64,000 nt of DNA from Paraphysomonas bandaiensis (Eukaryota > Protista > Chrysophyceae), in contig CBFFRP010000123.1 in assembly GCA_965644295.1 (NCBI GenBank), positions 459,033 through 523,032 on the forward strand, in the 5' to 3' direction. Under the pieces are notes generated by a model, which saw only the letters and a list, made by a program, of their open reading frames with translations, ran no database searches and had not been told where the DNA came from. Of this stretch, positions 38,554 to 50,515 are shown piece after piece. Each line of letters begins with the position of its first letter. Position 1 is the first letter of the stretch. Both the position numbers and the translations under genes were made by a program.

Positions 38554-41266
38554 TATCCCCAAAGTAATTTGCACAGTGTTTCCGATCCTACAAGATTCCA
38601 ACAAGTCCTCCGACCCCATTGGCTACATCATTCTCTACGACTGGTCGTGGCGTCCACACCCAGTCCCTATCCAAACATCACTAGAGTCGATACATTACCT
38701 CGGAGCAGACCTTCCTCTCACAATCACAGACAAGGCCTCCCATGACTGGTGTCTAAAATACCTGAAAGTCGTGACCACACACCTAGGGATTAAACAGGCC
38801 TCAGCCGGCTGTAAAGTCATGGTTATCGAGACCCAAATCATACCGACTTTGCTCTATAGAGCCACCAAAGCTTCATGGCCGCTACACTGGTACAGAGAAA
38901 TTGACGCTGCTTGCGCAACCCTCTACAGAAAGGCCCTCAGTCTAGGCCCTGGATACCCCACGGAACTGATCTACCTCTCACTCAAGCACAACGGATTAGG
39001 TATGAAACGTTTCTCAGACTCGGCGCAGGAGCAAAAATGGGGATCTCTACAGCGCGCAATAACCCTCGGGGGAGAAGCAGGTCAAGCAGCACATTTTCTA
39101 CTCACTCAGACAACAGAGCCACAGCCCCAATACCACCACTATGTTCTCAGCCTCAGGGAATGGGGAACGGAATTGGGCCTTACCCTTCAGCAACCTGAGC
39201 CCCCCGAACCACAGGATGAACACATGCTGACCAATCTAAAACAAGAACTCGGCCTTAATAGCGTCCAACCAGATACTTTCAAGGCAATCTTCACAGATGG
39301 ATCATACACAGCCAGTGCGCTCTCCACGCGTCGCCTCACTCATGTCAATCCGCGAACACAATGGACACACCGAGGAGGTGCTGCGGTCGTCTACTTACCC
39401 CCAGAAAATGCCTGGGAAGATGGTACAACCATAATACTACGACTAGATACACCCTTTCGTGATGTGCCAGGTTTGGACTCATACGCATATGAACTCATAG
39501 GCACAGCCATGGGGCTTATACTCTCAACACGCATTCCCGAACACATAAGAAGCCACACAGACTGTCAGGCAGTGTGCACCCGTACTAAGGAAGCACTCTC
39601 CACAAGACGCAGAGCTCTCGGTCACCGTGCAAAAGGGGTACTACTCGAAAGCATCGCGGCCAGTAGAGATTGCAAACGACAGGTGACCTGGGTGAGGTCC
39701 CATCCCGAACGACGTACCACAGATGAAACGGAGTGGACGTTTGAGGACAAGGGCATCTATATTGCGGACGCAGTCGCGGGTGAAGACTGGCATGAAGTCG
39801 ATCGCATCCTTGGAAAAAATAACTACACTGTCTGTACAATTGCGATTGACAGTGCCATTGAACGCTTACTAACCGCTGGATTATGGCACTGGCGTTTGCA
39901 CAGTACAAGACGGCCATACTACTCTAGCCCACTCCTTACTGATTTCCAAGATCTCTGCGACCTAAGGACACTTGAGAACTACACTTCAACCAGAGATCAA
40001 CGCTACGGAAACAATCCTGATCGAGCGCCTGGCTACTGGACCAATAGCGGAGTACACCTCCCGCGCAAACTAGCTCAAGCGGATGGCAGTGCATCCAAAG
40101 ACAAACTCAGCTCAAATCTACGCCAAAGAATTCTCAACACGGCACTGACATGGGACAAATCTTTCTGCATAGGGAGGAACCGGGCCAAAACCAAACAGGG
40201 GCTTGACCTGACCAAAGCCGCATGCTCTGACTGCGGGTTTCGGCTAGATTCCCTAAAACATATGTGCCTCGACTGCACACATGAATCCATCACCCAAATA
40301 AGGGAAACTGCATTTCAATCGCATAAAAATGTGCTACACGAAATACAGAGAACTCAGAACTTACCCAACTGGATCACATCTGCACTGCGGAGACTCTCCA
40401 GCAGAGCCTGGAATCCCTCCATCCCACAGGTCGAGAGATACTGGACTGGAACCATCACAGCAGCCCAACTGGAAACGGTATTCGGAGATGACATACACAA
40501 CCACCTGACGGCTCACAGTCTACGGAACCTAGAAACAGTGGTTATTAATCTCCTGCAACCGCTTTACACTGCAGCGAAGCTTATGTTACAGGATCGCGGT
40601 TGTCGCTATATCACCATGTCCAAAAGGCCGCCCAGGCTACTCCCGAGACCCCGTCCGAAACGCAGTCAGTCAAGACAACGTCCGAGAGTCCTTCGACTAC
40701 TAGGGGTCCAACGAAGACCCCCCACAGCGTATCCGACTCCAGACACACGTGCACACCTCACAGGTCCTACCCGACAGAGCACTGGACTGCCCAGACCTCC
40801 ACAACGCCGACGGCTTCGACAACTCTATCTACACCCGCGGCCCCACAGGAGCACAGTAACACAGACTACAAACCCAACTCCTCCCAACAATCCCCACCAC
40901 TCTCAACCCACACAGCTGGAACTAGGTGCACTCAGGACCCTAATTCAGAATGCTGAGCCCCCTCCAAAACCAATGGAGACCCATCCCAAAGGGAGACCCC
41001 CAGATCAAAAGCGCCGGTGAGTCCACGGACACACGATAAAGGTGAATTTCATATCACACAAAAAGAACGGAAGTGGTTGCACCTTGGTGCTTGCGGCGAC
41101 GCACAAGCAGCTTTCGTAGCGTTAAATAGTAGGATAAAAGAGTTTGTATTGATTAGTTACGGGTAGTGGTCTAACTAGTATGACTAGCATTCTTCTAGCC
41201 ACTAATTGATGCAAGGTCTCAACGCCTATTGCTAAATAATCAGACATTCACTACTTGAGTGTTGAG

Positions 41267-41416
41267 TGTATACAACGTTCAGTTGGTGAAATTTTAAAGC
41301 ATCCAAATATGTCAAATGGTGTTGAAAATTTTCACTCCAATGACGGAAAGAATCCGATACGACAACGCTGTCTTTCATTATCGCGGTTCGCGGTTTTCTG
41401 GCATACCAATTAATTG
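41267..41416 (+). repeat. Right half of the LINE-interrupted repeat
   Basis: Near-identical to 34635-34778. Confidence 0.85.
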
Positions 41417-41493
41417 GCAATTATTGCCAATAAATTGAAAACCAATTGTCACGCAAGCCTGTGTCTTACACAATACGTGTGTATCGCGTATAC

Positions 41494-41555
41494 CAGGGCC
41501 TGGTAACCATTAATGGTAATGGCATTAATGGGCCATTAATGGTTACCAGGCCCTG
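41494..41555. mobile_element. 62-bp hAT-type MITE
   Basis: Perfect 23-bp TIR CAGGGCCTGGTAACCATTAATGG; 8-bp flanks GCGTATAC / GTGTATAC (7/8 match). Confidence 0.72.
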
Positions 41556-41826
41556 GTGTATACAATTAGTGTGTAGCATAAATATTTTATTATAAAGAGC
41601 TACTGATTGTCTAGCCATGCTACAGGCCAGCACAAAGATCACTTTCATCGTGTAAAGCTATGTTGTATGATGTAATATGGTGTAACTAATGTGTGTATAC
41701 CTTGGTGGTTGGTTGTTGTTAAATTACACTGGTTGAAGACTCATTGATCACGAGGTTATATCACACGAATGATAAAAATTCATGACTAACACGCAGGTAG
41801 ACAGCACAATGTTAACGATACCAACA

Positions 41827-43521
41827 CTAATTTCGTGGACGCTTTCTTGAAGGCTGCACGCTACTGTTGTCATCATTGCAACTTTCATCGCCTCCGAAAG
41901 CAGCCCACCGAAACGGAGCGCATATAGTGTCAATGGCCATATCGAAAAGAGATTTTTCCGGTTGATTTTCTTCAGCGTACTGGTGATGCACTTCTTCTGA
42001 ATCCACTGGAAGATCACAAGGACCCTTAGAGTTTAGCAAAAAGTCACCAAAAGGCTGCAACACCCAATCCGGGGGAAGGCATTTAGCTAGAGCCTCACAA
42101 TAGTCGCTTGAACTCTCCTCAGGAATTCGAAAAAAGAAAGACATATCGTTTACCCAAACCACCTCTACATCTTGAAGGCCAGATGTGCTAACGAGAGACA
42201 GTAATGATGAAGTAGTAACGCTGCGAGGAAATCCAGTACAGCGCACCAAAGTGCCAGTATACTTACAAACACCCCCAGGGTTTTGCGGGTTGAGATCCAT
42301 ATTAAAAAGACTCCACATCATAAACACTTTGTTTGCACATAAAGTTAGAAGGGAGCTGTCAGGGGAGGCGGAGTCATTTGGCACCGTCGCGACTGGTTTA
42401 GGTGTGCCATCTGCAATGTACACTTGCCGAGCAAAAACACACCCTGTACAAAAGGCATCGTACCCAGCGTTATGATAATTTGTTCCTTCACCATCAAACT
42501 CGGAACAATCCTCATGAACCGATATCCGTACACTGTCACACTTTTTATGCCGTTCGTAACACTGCTCGAGGGTGGTCTCCGTCTGCGCTGGACCAGCAAT
42601 TCCACTAGATTCAATGTACTTCGTGTCGTACAAAAGAGGAAACAGATCGTGTGTATACAAGCGAAACTCATCGAAAGTCTCCTTCAGAGGGGAATCAAGC
42701 CAACGCATGGCAAACATCAGGTCGTACAGCATATTGTGACCGACCACTGGCTTCTTGGAAGCAATAATATCCTTGAAAACATTCCGAAAGCCAACTGTAT
42801 CAAAAAAATCTTGCTCCATTTGCTCCTTTACTTTCCTCTCATGGTCCAATCTGTCTTGTGGATTAATTCTATGTGCAACTAGGCGGTTTGGGTCGGATCC
42901 TTTCTTGACGACAACGCCGTCAATTTCACGTTCCACTTTATCATATATGCACCTCCGCAAGTAGCTGTTACAGCCTTCAAACTCAAAAAAATCACCAGCA
43001 TCAACATCACTGATGAATTTATTAAGAGCAGCCATATTTCTTTCCATAAAATCAATATCTGACTGACTTGACAATACAATCGGGTTTTTCTGTTGTGCTG
43101 GTTCCTTAGGACAGTATTTATTCAAAGCCCACTCCTCACCACGAGAATCTGCAAAAGTCACCCCCTTTTCAATCCATGTACTAAAGTTCATGTTATTCTT
43201 CCTCAAAAATGCGATTGAGGATGCGCTCATCACAATATCACCTCCAAAATCAGGGAACAAATAAAAGTTATATGGCGATGCTGTAAATCCATCATCCGAT
43301 TTATGAAACATACAGAGACCAAACTGAATGATGCTATACTTGCTCGCCACTCCAACCATCTTTGTATAGCGGATATCAGGGATATCATCTTTAGAGAATT
43401 TCATCGTTCCGTCTGCATTAATGCCACTCATCTCTTCATCGAATGCTATGAAGCTGCATGTCTCGATCTTCGACCGGATGATCGGATACATTTCACGGAA
43501 GTTTTCTCTTGTAATATCCAT
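41827..43521 (-). CDS. PARN: Poly(A)-specific ribonuclease PARN-like (CAF1/DEDD family), intronless
   Basis: MDITRENF..., FIAFDEEMSG, IIQFGL, YNFYLFP, SSIAFL, R3H-like NSYLRRCIY, PVVGHNMLYDL, YDTK, HNAGYDAFCTG, C-terminal RRM-like region. Confidence 0.88.
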   Translation of the reverse strand: MDITRENFREMYPIIRSKIETCSFIAFDEEMSGINADGTMKFSKDDIPDIRYTKMVGVASKYSIIQFGLCMFHKSDDGFTASPYNFYLFPDFGGDIVMSASSIAFLRKNNMNFSTWIEKGVTFADSRGEEWALNKYCPKEPAQQKNPIVLSSQSDIDFMERNMAALNKFISDVDAGDFFEFEGCNSYLRRCIYDKVEREIDGVVVKKGSDPNRLVAHRINPQDRLDHERKVKEQMEQDFFDTVGFRNVFKDIIASKKPVVGHNMLYDLMFAMRWLDSPLKETFDEFRLYTHDLFPLLYDTKYIESSGIAGPAQTETTLEQCYERHKKCDSVRISVHEDCSEFDGEGTNYHNAGYDAFCTGCVFARQVYIADGTPKPVATVPNDSASPDSSLLTLCANKVFMMWSLFNMDLNPQNPGGVCKYTGTLVRCTGFPRSVTTSSLLSLVSTSGLQDVEVVWVNDMSFFFRIPEESSSDYCEALAKCLPPDWVLQPFGDFLLNSKGPCDLPVDSEEVHHQYAEENQPEKSLFDMAIDTICAPFRWAAFGGDESCNDDNSSVQPSRKRPRN

Positions 43522-45219
43522 TGCAAGATGTTGATTATGTATTATCTATTGAGAGAAGCTGCTGAAGGGAATTGTGGTATATATATATATACATGGAATG
43601 ATGCATCGCCACTCCGAGTGTGTATCTGAGTATGGTATGTGAGTGTGTGTACTATCATATCGACCACTGTCTGCCTGTAGAAAAAAGCACACCACTCGCT
43701 CATTTCTTGTTTTTGCTGTGCCGTTTTTTCAGTTTTTTTTTATTGGAAGGGTTGGATGTCTAGATGTGGATCTAGATATCGTAAAGCCATTAAATATCAT
43801 ATCTGGATACTTCTTCCATGATAAATACACTAAGACATAAGAGTGGATGCTTCCAGTGGTCAGTCATATAAACACTGACAACTGGTTGAAATATCAGATG
43901 ATGGGGAGTGAGAGGGATGTATTCCTGGTCCTCTGAACCTGAAGATGTGCTCAGAGTGGCTGTCACTTCCTGAAAGTTCATTATATGTATTTTTGAGGGT
44001 AATAGTTATTTAATTCCTATATAAGCATTAGTGAATCGTTCATGGACAGACCTCACTTCAATATTGGTTCCATTCATAGTATATTTATGGATATAATCTC
44101 CTTGCTGTGTTTGAAGAATGTGAGGGGTCTCATTGCAGCCGATATTGAAGCATTCAGCAGAGGTCATCACATCTATGCGATATATGTCTCCACTGTGTGT
44201 GTCTCGTCTGCATTGAAGATGAGGTATTAGAGTGTGTTATATTGTCCCTAGTCGTATTCTACTTATAGACGTTATTCGAGGTCTAGATACGAGGTATATG
44301 TTCTGTGTGATCGTTTTGTGTGCTTCATACAAAACATAGGGGCTGTGTGGTATAGGCACTGTATGTTTATATCTGTGCACTCTATACAACACTCAAGGAC
44401 TATGTGGTATATAATTTGTAAGTTCTTTGTGTGCGTCATACAACACAGAGGGACTGTATATGTGTTGTATATGCTCTTGTATACAGATCTACAAAGGTTT
44501 TGACTTATCCTTCCATCTCCTTTCAGAATATATGAGTCTGTCGTAACTATGCGTGTATTTTGTATTTGTAGATTTAGCAAGGGATTGATTTGCGTTTCAC
44601 ACAACGAAGATATCCAGATTCTAGAGTTATGTATGTTATTTCAATCAAAAATTGTAGTTATTACTATTTATTAATATTTAGAAAAATGCTGATAAAACTA
44701 AATTTATAACAAGAAATAACTACAGATTCAAAACTTCGAAAATCTATTCATTATTTGGTAGATGTATATGCTCTATTATCAATTACATAAGGTGATATGC
44801 AAACAATTTAGTACCAATTTAAAATTCACCTGAGTTGGGATATTGATTGGTTTTTATTTATTTACCCCAAAAGATATTTTAGTCAGGGGACATGTAAAAC
44901 AGTGCCTAGCTAACATACACAAACTAGGGAATCATGCAGAAAAAAACGATACCCTCTCGAAGCGAAAAAGCAACGCTATGGATGACCGCCGATAATAATG
45001 CCCTATTCGTTCAATTTAGAATAGCAACTACCGTCCCTTTCATACTTAAAAACACGTTTCAATTATTACAGATACAAGATGACTCTACCACGTACACCGC
45101 ATGTAAACCACTTCATATCTTGTTTCTAGGCACTAGATTGTTTATTCCAATCCAAATCAAAATTTACATTTGGTGTCATGTGAAATTCAACATGTACCCG
45201 CATGAATGTACATATCAAT

Positions 45220-46071
45220 CTAACAACATCCTCCGCTAGCCTTTGCACCTCCTGTAGTAGGCCTGACCTTTACTGTGTCTGGACCAGTAGCGCTAGCACC
45301 CTTAGTTTCTCGCATCTTGATCAACTCAGCGGTCATTGTCAAAAATGCTTCCTCCACATTAGAGGCATTCTTCGCTGAAGTCTCAAGAAATGGAATATTC
45401 AAGCTCTCTGCGTACGCCTGTATCAATGTTAGAAAATTACACGCTGAATTATAGTCACAAACCCGAGCTTTATCGCTAGAAACGACTTTGTCCGCTTTGT
45501 CACTTTTATTTCCGACTAACAATTTGCACGTGCCTTCTGACGCATATCTATTAACTTCACTCAACCAATCGTTCACATGATCAAAAGATTCCTGATTTGT
45601 GACGTCGTACACCATTATAATACCGTCCGCGCCTCTGTAATACGCACTGGTGATAGTTCTAAAGCGCTCCTGCCCAGCAGTATCCCACTAACAAGGACAA
45701 ATTAGCAATGAAAATGTATCCATTCACGCACTCACAATTTGCAGTTTAACAGTCTTTTTTTCCACTTTAACCGTGCGAAATCGCTGTATAATAAATCAGC
45801 CTCGTACTTCAGTGCCGTTTAATCAATAACTTACAAAATCAACTCCAATAGTACTAATATAACTTTCCGTAAAGGCATCGTCCTGTCAATACAAAACACA
45901 TCATTTCACCATAAGTGGCATCAGGTTTACTTACAGCAAATCGTAATAATAAACAAGACTTCCCAACGCCGGAGTCTCCAATGAGAACAAGCTGTGGGAA
46001 ATAATTTTAACAAACAAAACAAAACAAAACTAGTGCACCTTAAACAAATGATCGTAATCGCGCTTAGACAT
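45220..46071 (-). CDS. RAB1A: Rab1 family GTPase, Rab1A paralog, multi-exon
   Basis: Spliced [51 protein letters not shown]...[22 protein letters not shown]...NKSD...ETSAK...GGCC. Confidence 0.92.
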
Positions 46072-46440
46072 TATGCAGATTTCAACTGCAAATCAACCAA
46101 TATCCTCCCTTTCAACAAGCTTCAAAGAGTGTTCCCTGGAGCTGTGCTATCAATCGAACAAATACACACTTGATCCTTCTCAGTCAAAGCAACTGCCAAA
46201 AATATGGCTCACGTCATTTGTTTTTGATCATAAACAGTCACTTTCAGTTTATGTGTTGTCCATACTGTACTGTACTGTACTGTATTACCCTCATGAGTAC
46301 ACCTGTATACAGGTATATCTGTGCTGTGCTGTGTTATCTGTATCTTGTTACCACAGCAGTGGTTAAAATAATGAGCCATTCATGTGCACTTATCACATCA
46401 TACATTCAGTCTGTGAACCAACTGATCTTTAATATTTGTA

Positions 46441-46887
46441 ATGGAGGATATTCCGAACGTTGAGGAAATGCAGATGTACAGGCAGCAGGTTTCGACTACA
46501 ATTAATATGTTCCATGTTATGCACTCAGTTGTCTTATGTCATAAAGCGGCTATGGAGGAGAAAAAACTGAGTATTTTGGATCAAATTTCTTGAGTCAGCT
46601 GCTAAAGATCGCATACTTTGGCTTAAAGTTGTGAAGAAAGAAAAGGCAGAGCGTGTTGAACATACTCTGATTCAGGCAGCAATATCTGGCCAACTGAGAG
46701 GAAAGGTATGTGGTATACAACGCCATATATGTCCGATCAATAAGTACTTTAAATGCGGGTTACCGAAGAACAGTTGATTGAAATGCTTGATAAAGTTAAT
46801 GATAGCGGTAAAAGCAGTATTAAAAAAGTGACTATTCAGAGACGCGAATTTGACTTTGACGATGACGATGATAGTGACTTGTTGTAA
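46441..46887 (+). pseudogene. PDCD5: PDCD5-like (dsDNA-binding) gene, apparently disabled
   Basis: Reading SILDQILESAAKDRI..LKVVKKEKAERVEHTLIQAA.SGQLRGK-VTEEQLIEML...KVTIQRR...DDDD needs a 1-nt correction at ~46587. Both inferred intron acceptors read CAT / CGG instead of CAG. Confidence 0.7.
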
Positions 46888-48138
46888 GATGTCTGGTAAA
46901 ATTTCTCAGGGTTAGAACATTTGTCATGTGGTACACAGTTATTTTGTATGTGTATTTTTGAAAAAACTTTTATTCGACGTCCCCGTGGTTGTAGCTTAGG
47001 GCTATAGGGTTAATCATTTTCTTGCTTGTTCATAGAATTTCGAACGTGCTATTTGAATAGGTGTCCCTCAAACCTCAGCTCTTAGTTAATATGTTAACCT
47101 TTGGTACCTAGTTGTCTGACACTACATATAACATATGAGAAAAACCATATAGCTGCTGCTGATTACGTGCTGTAAAGTGCACCTCATGTTACTTCTGCTA
47201 TATGTTATGTGTGAAAATAAGTCGTAGGATAATGTATTAATAGGAATGAAGGAGAATAGAAGTTTAATTATCTTGTCGATTGTAATCATAACATCATAAC
47301 ATTGCAGGCGAATTACTTCCTTGGTATGATGTAGATAAATTGAATATATAATAAATTCGTTGAGTGATAATAACATAATAACCTAACCTATCTAGAACAA
47401 CACTATAAATTTCTCTACATAATTACATGATCCAATAGTCTAGTTGTTTCATTTTATTATTCCATACTACACTATCAGTGTTACTTACTTGTACAATATT
47501 CTTATGTTTAACTCAGCAATTATCATCATAAACACTTCTTCCCTTGCAACGCCAGTATTTGCAATAACATTTTTCACATTGAATCACATGTACAAACCCG
47601 CACTTAAGCAGACTAGAAATACAGACCTGTCTGGAGCTCATATATACACTATACACATTACACATCATTCATAGATACATTACAATCACTCCATAAATCG
47701 AATCAGAAACCAGTTAATCATTCATATCTTCTCAGTTTGATAGCCATATAATCTAAACGATATAAAAACAAGCAGCAGCATACAGTCCATGAGCTTCTCT
47801 TACATTAATCATCCTGATGCATCAACACACCTTGTCTCTCTTTCCAATCTGGTGAGAATATTTTGCACATTGGACTGGACATGAATACAGACAAGTACCA
47901 GTGTATACCGTATGATTGCATATCTAATAAAATACGTACGTATAACTCGTATAACTGTAGTGTTCACAACATCTGGAATATGATACCAGATACAACACTC
48001 ATCTACAGCAGCACATACATACATACCTCATGAGCTCATACGCTATTGCTTGTTATTTCGTGTTTTCCATATATTTCCGGTGAGTAATCAGAATTACACA
48101 CACTCTTATTCCTTGAATCGAAGGGAAATTAGAGCGTA

Positions 48139-49318
48139 ATGATAAGAGCTCACTTTATTGCCGTGTCATTTGCTTTAATCGCATTTCTGGTAGGCGTAGA
48201 GTTTTATTGTGATGTCACGTGCATCTCATTTTTGTCGTAGATTAATTGCGAAGCCGGTGTTGATGGTATCAGGGACCGAGCTGTGAGCGATCTTGAAGAT
48301 GTGGTTTCGATGTCTGGAAATTCAGTGTTTGAGGAAGATTTGATAGAAATCAAGTACTTAAAAGAAAAGGTGGTATCACTGCAGTCAGAGGGCAAGACCA
48401 AGGAAGCGGAAATATTAGAGAAGCGAGTGAAAAGAAAGGTAAAATAAAGGGTATATATGTGTGTATTGTTGAATTTGTGTACTTAGATTGAGTTACTTCA
48501 TCAAGAGCTCTCCCACTCCTCCAGGTTAGCCACGTGTCTCTAAGTCTGTTTAATAAAACCTTACATCTTGCAGTGGCAGCGATACCGCAGATGCTAATGT
48601 GATGGAAAATTATCTTGAAAGGGAGTCGGTAGATCGAATGAGAGCCCGGGGAAGTCGTGGTTCACTAGATGCCGAAGAACGACTGAGGGATCGTGAGGAG
48701 CGGAAGCGCCAGCGAGACGCCAAAATGAAAGAACGTGAAGCCATTTTCTCAGATCGTTTCCGAAATATGAATCTCGAAGACTTCGATGATGAGAGCTATA
48801 TGCACCCGGATATGTATACGCGCAGTCATGACTTAAGCCGTGAGAGGAAGGACATCACGGAGAGGCATCAAGAACTCATTGATCATAGACAAAAAGTAAG
48901 GTTACTACCCCAGCATTCAAAATATTGCCGTCCTATTTTGCGCTATCGTATTTTACTCCATGCTCACTGTATGGTAGGATATTACAGCTCGCATTGAAAG
49001 TGCAGGTTTCTCACCAGAAGAGGAGGAACGACTTAAACAAGATCTTGCCGACTATCTTGCCATAGAGAAAGAGGTCATGGAAAGCAGGTACTGTAGAATT
49101 GCTTCCATTTCATGTTGTCATATGTGCGTAGAGCTTCGGATCGCTCTTCTAACCGTAAGAGAGAAGGACGCAAAAGCAAAGAGGAGAGGATGCAAGATAA
49201 GGAGGCCATGAAAGCACGCAGAAACCATGAACGTGAAAGAATGGAGGAGGCGCGTGAGAAACGGAAACAGATTGACAGCACCATTCGTGAGAAACTGACT
49301 GCTGTTCGAGAGCTTTAA
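48139..49318 (+). CDS. Signal-peptide, highly charged coiled-coil protein ending in -VREL (probable ER-lumen protein), 6 exons
   Basis: MIRAHFIAVSFALIAFL-INCEA N-terminus; GT-AG introns join the pieces in one frame to TAVREL*. Confidence 0.65.
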
Positions 49319-50079
49319 TGATAGCCTGCTATGGCATTCATCAATCTACGATTCGATGGAGGTAGTATTCGAGAATTGATCTATAATGTTGTTGTTGAGG
49401 ATATGAAAATGTCGGCTATAATAATTTTAACTGACAACGACCATCCTGAAATCATAAATGGGTACATGGAGCTCGTAAATTTCTCGCTACCAATAGCTGC
49501 TGTACTAGTCGTCTTCTTTCTATATTTATGCACTACCATTCAAGAATAGGAAAAAGTTGACTAGAAACTAGAACTATTAGTACATAAGCTAAGCTGAAAT
49601 TATTATATATCACAAATGCCTGCTTGGCCTTTTAGTTCTTTGTTAATAGTTAATAGATTTAGGAATAAGAAAATTTCTCCTTTATGGTTATTTTATCCTA
49701 TTAAATTATACTTATAGTAGACTGAATTACGTTTAGAGACATATAGTGAAAATTATAATGTTGTAACACTGTGATTGTAGAACACAACAATTACCAACAC
49801 CAATATTCTTTTTTACAAATCATATCTTTAACTGCTACTATATTTTCAGTTTCTTTGAATTTGGTATTCTTATTGTTGTAGTCTTGTAGATTTTGTATTT
49901 CATTGCTACATAGAATACAGGATAGCTACTGGCGATAACCTTCAACTAGCTACATGTACGTACGTAGGAGTTGGTTGTAGCCTAATATTCCCACTCAATA
50001 AACATATCAGAATATAGTACAACAAATGTGTCTACTTAGTATGATACCATTATGTGCATATGCTGATGGTGTAGCTTCT

Positions 50080-50515
50080 CCAGTAAGGCTTTAGTCATCA
50101 TGTGTGCTGTCATCTCTGCCGTTGGCACATGATTCAGCTTGACAATAGGTTTCCCACTTGCTCTCGAATCCAATGATACTTGATCCGAATATGCTTGGAA
50201 CGTTTATGGTTTACGGGTTCTGAGCTAGATCAATCGCATTCTTGCTGTCTATTCTTGTTGGAGACGCATCCTTACTGAGCTCAAATCCACGAAGTCCGAG
50301 CTCTGTCATCACCCCTCGTATCCATACAATCTCCTGAATAGCAGCATATGCTGACATGTATTCAGCTCCCATGGTCTAAGTAGCCACTGTTGGCTGTAGT
50401 CTTGACTGCCATGCAATTGGTGCACCCCGCAAACAGACAATATACCCTGTAGTAGATCTACAGGTATCTAGATCACCTGCCCAATCAGCATCGGAATACA
50501 CACGTAGAGGGTCTT
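50080..50515 (-). mobile_element. Ty1/copia LTR-retrotransposon RNase H remnant
   Basis: Minus translation LRVYSDADWAGDLDTCRSTTGYIVCLRGAPIAWQSRLQPTVAT*TMGAEYMSA...IVWIRG...IDSKNAIDLAQNP*, with stops and frameshifts. Confidence 0.88.

Larger units (their letters stand above)
36069..41020 (+). pseudogene. LINE polyprotein (RT, RNase H, Cys/His Zn finger, basic C-tail) split by the 37350-38553 insertion; ~1243 aa when rejoined
   Basis: RT: APGPS, LRPIGLLE..RKI, QHGYR, DFKKAFD, RGITQG, SFADD, HYLG, GLGM. RNase H: FTDGS, YEL, TDCQ, WVRSH, ADAVA. Zn finger CSDC...HMCLDC. Removing the insert and one TSD gives in-frame GMELSIPKVI-CTVFP. Confidence 0.9.
36067..41254 (+). mobile_element. 5'-truncated non-LTR retrotransposon (LINE; RT + RNase H + Zn finger), 12-bp TSD TTGAGTGTTGAG
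   Basis: TSD at 36055-36066 and 41255-41266; empty site at ~34625. The 3' terminus ...AATAATCAGACATTCACTAC is confirmed by a second insertion at 51763-51823. Confidence 0.9.

Noticed and set aside
38387-38569. N-terminal 61 aa of the 877-aa ORF as a real protein start
   Set aside because: It is the antisense of the inserted SINE head plus the TSD; the true frame continues from 37349.
46995-47012. TTAGGG-like telomeric motif
   Set aside because: Only one or two imperfect units; chance.
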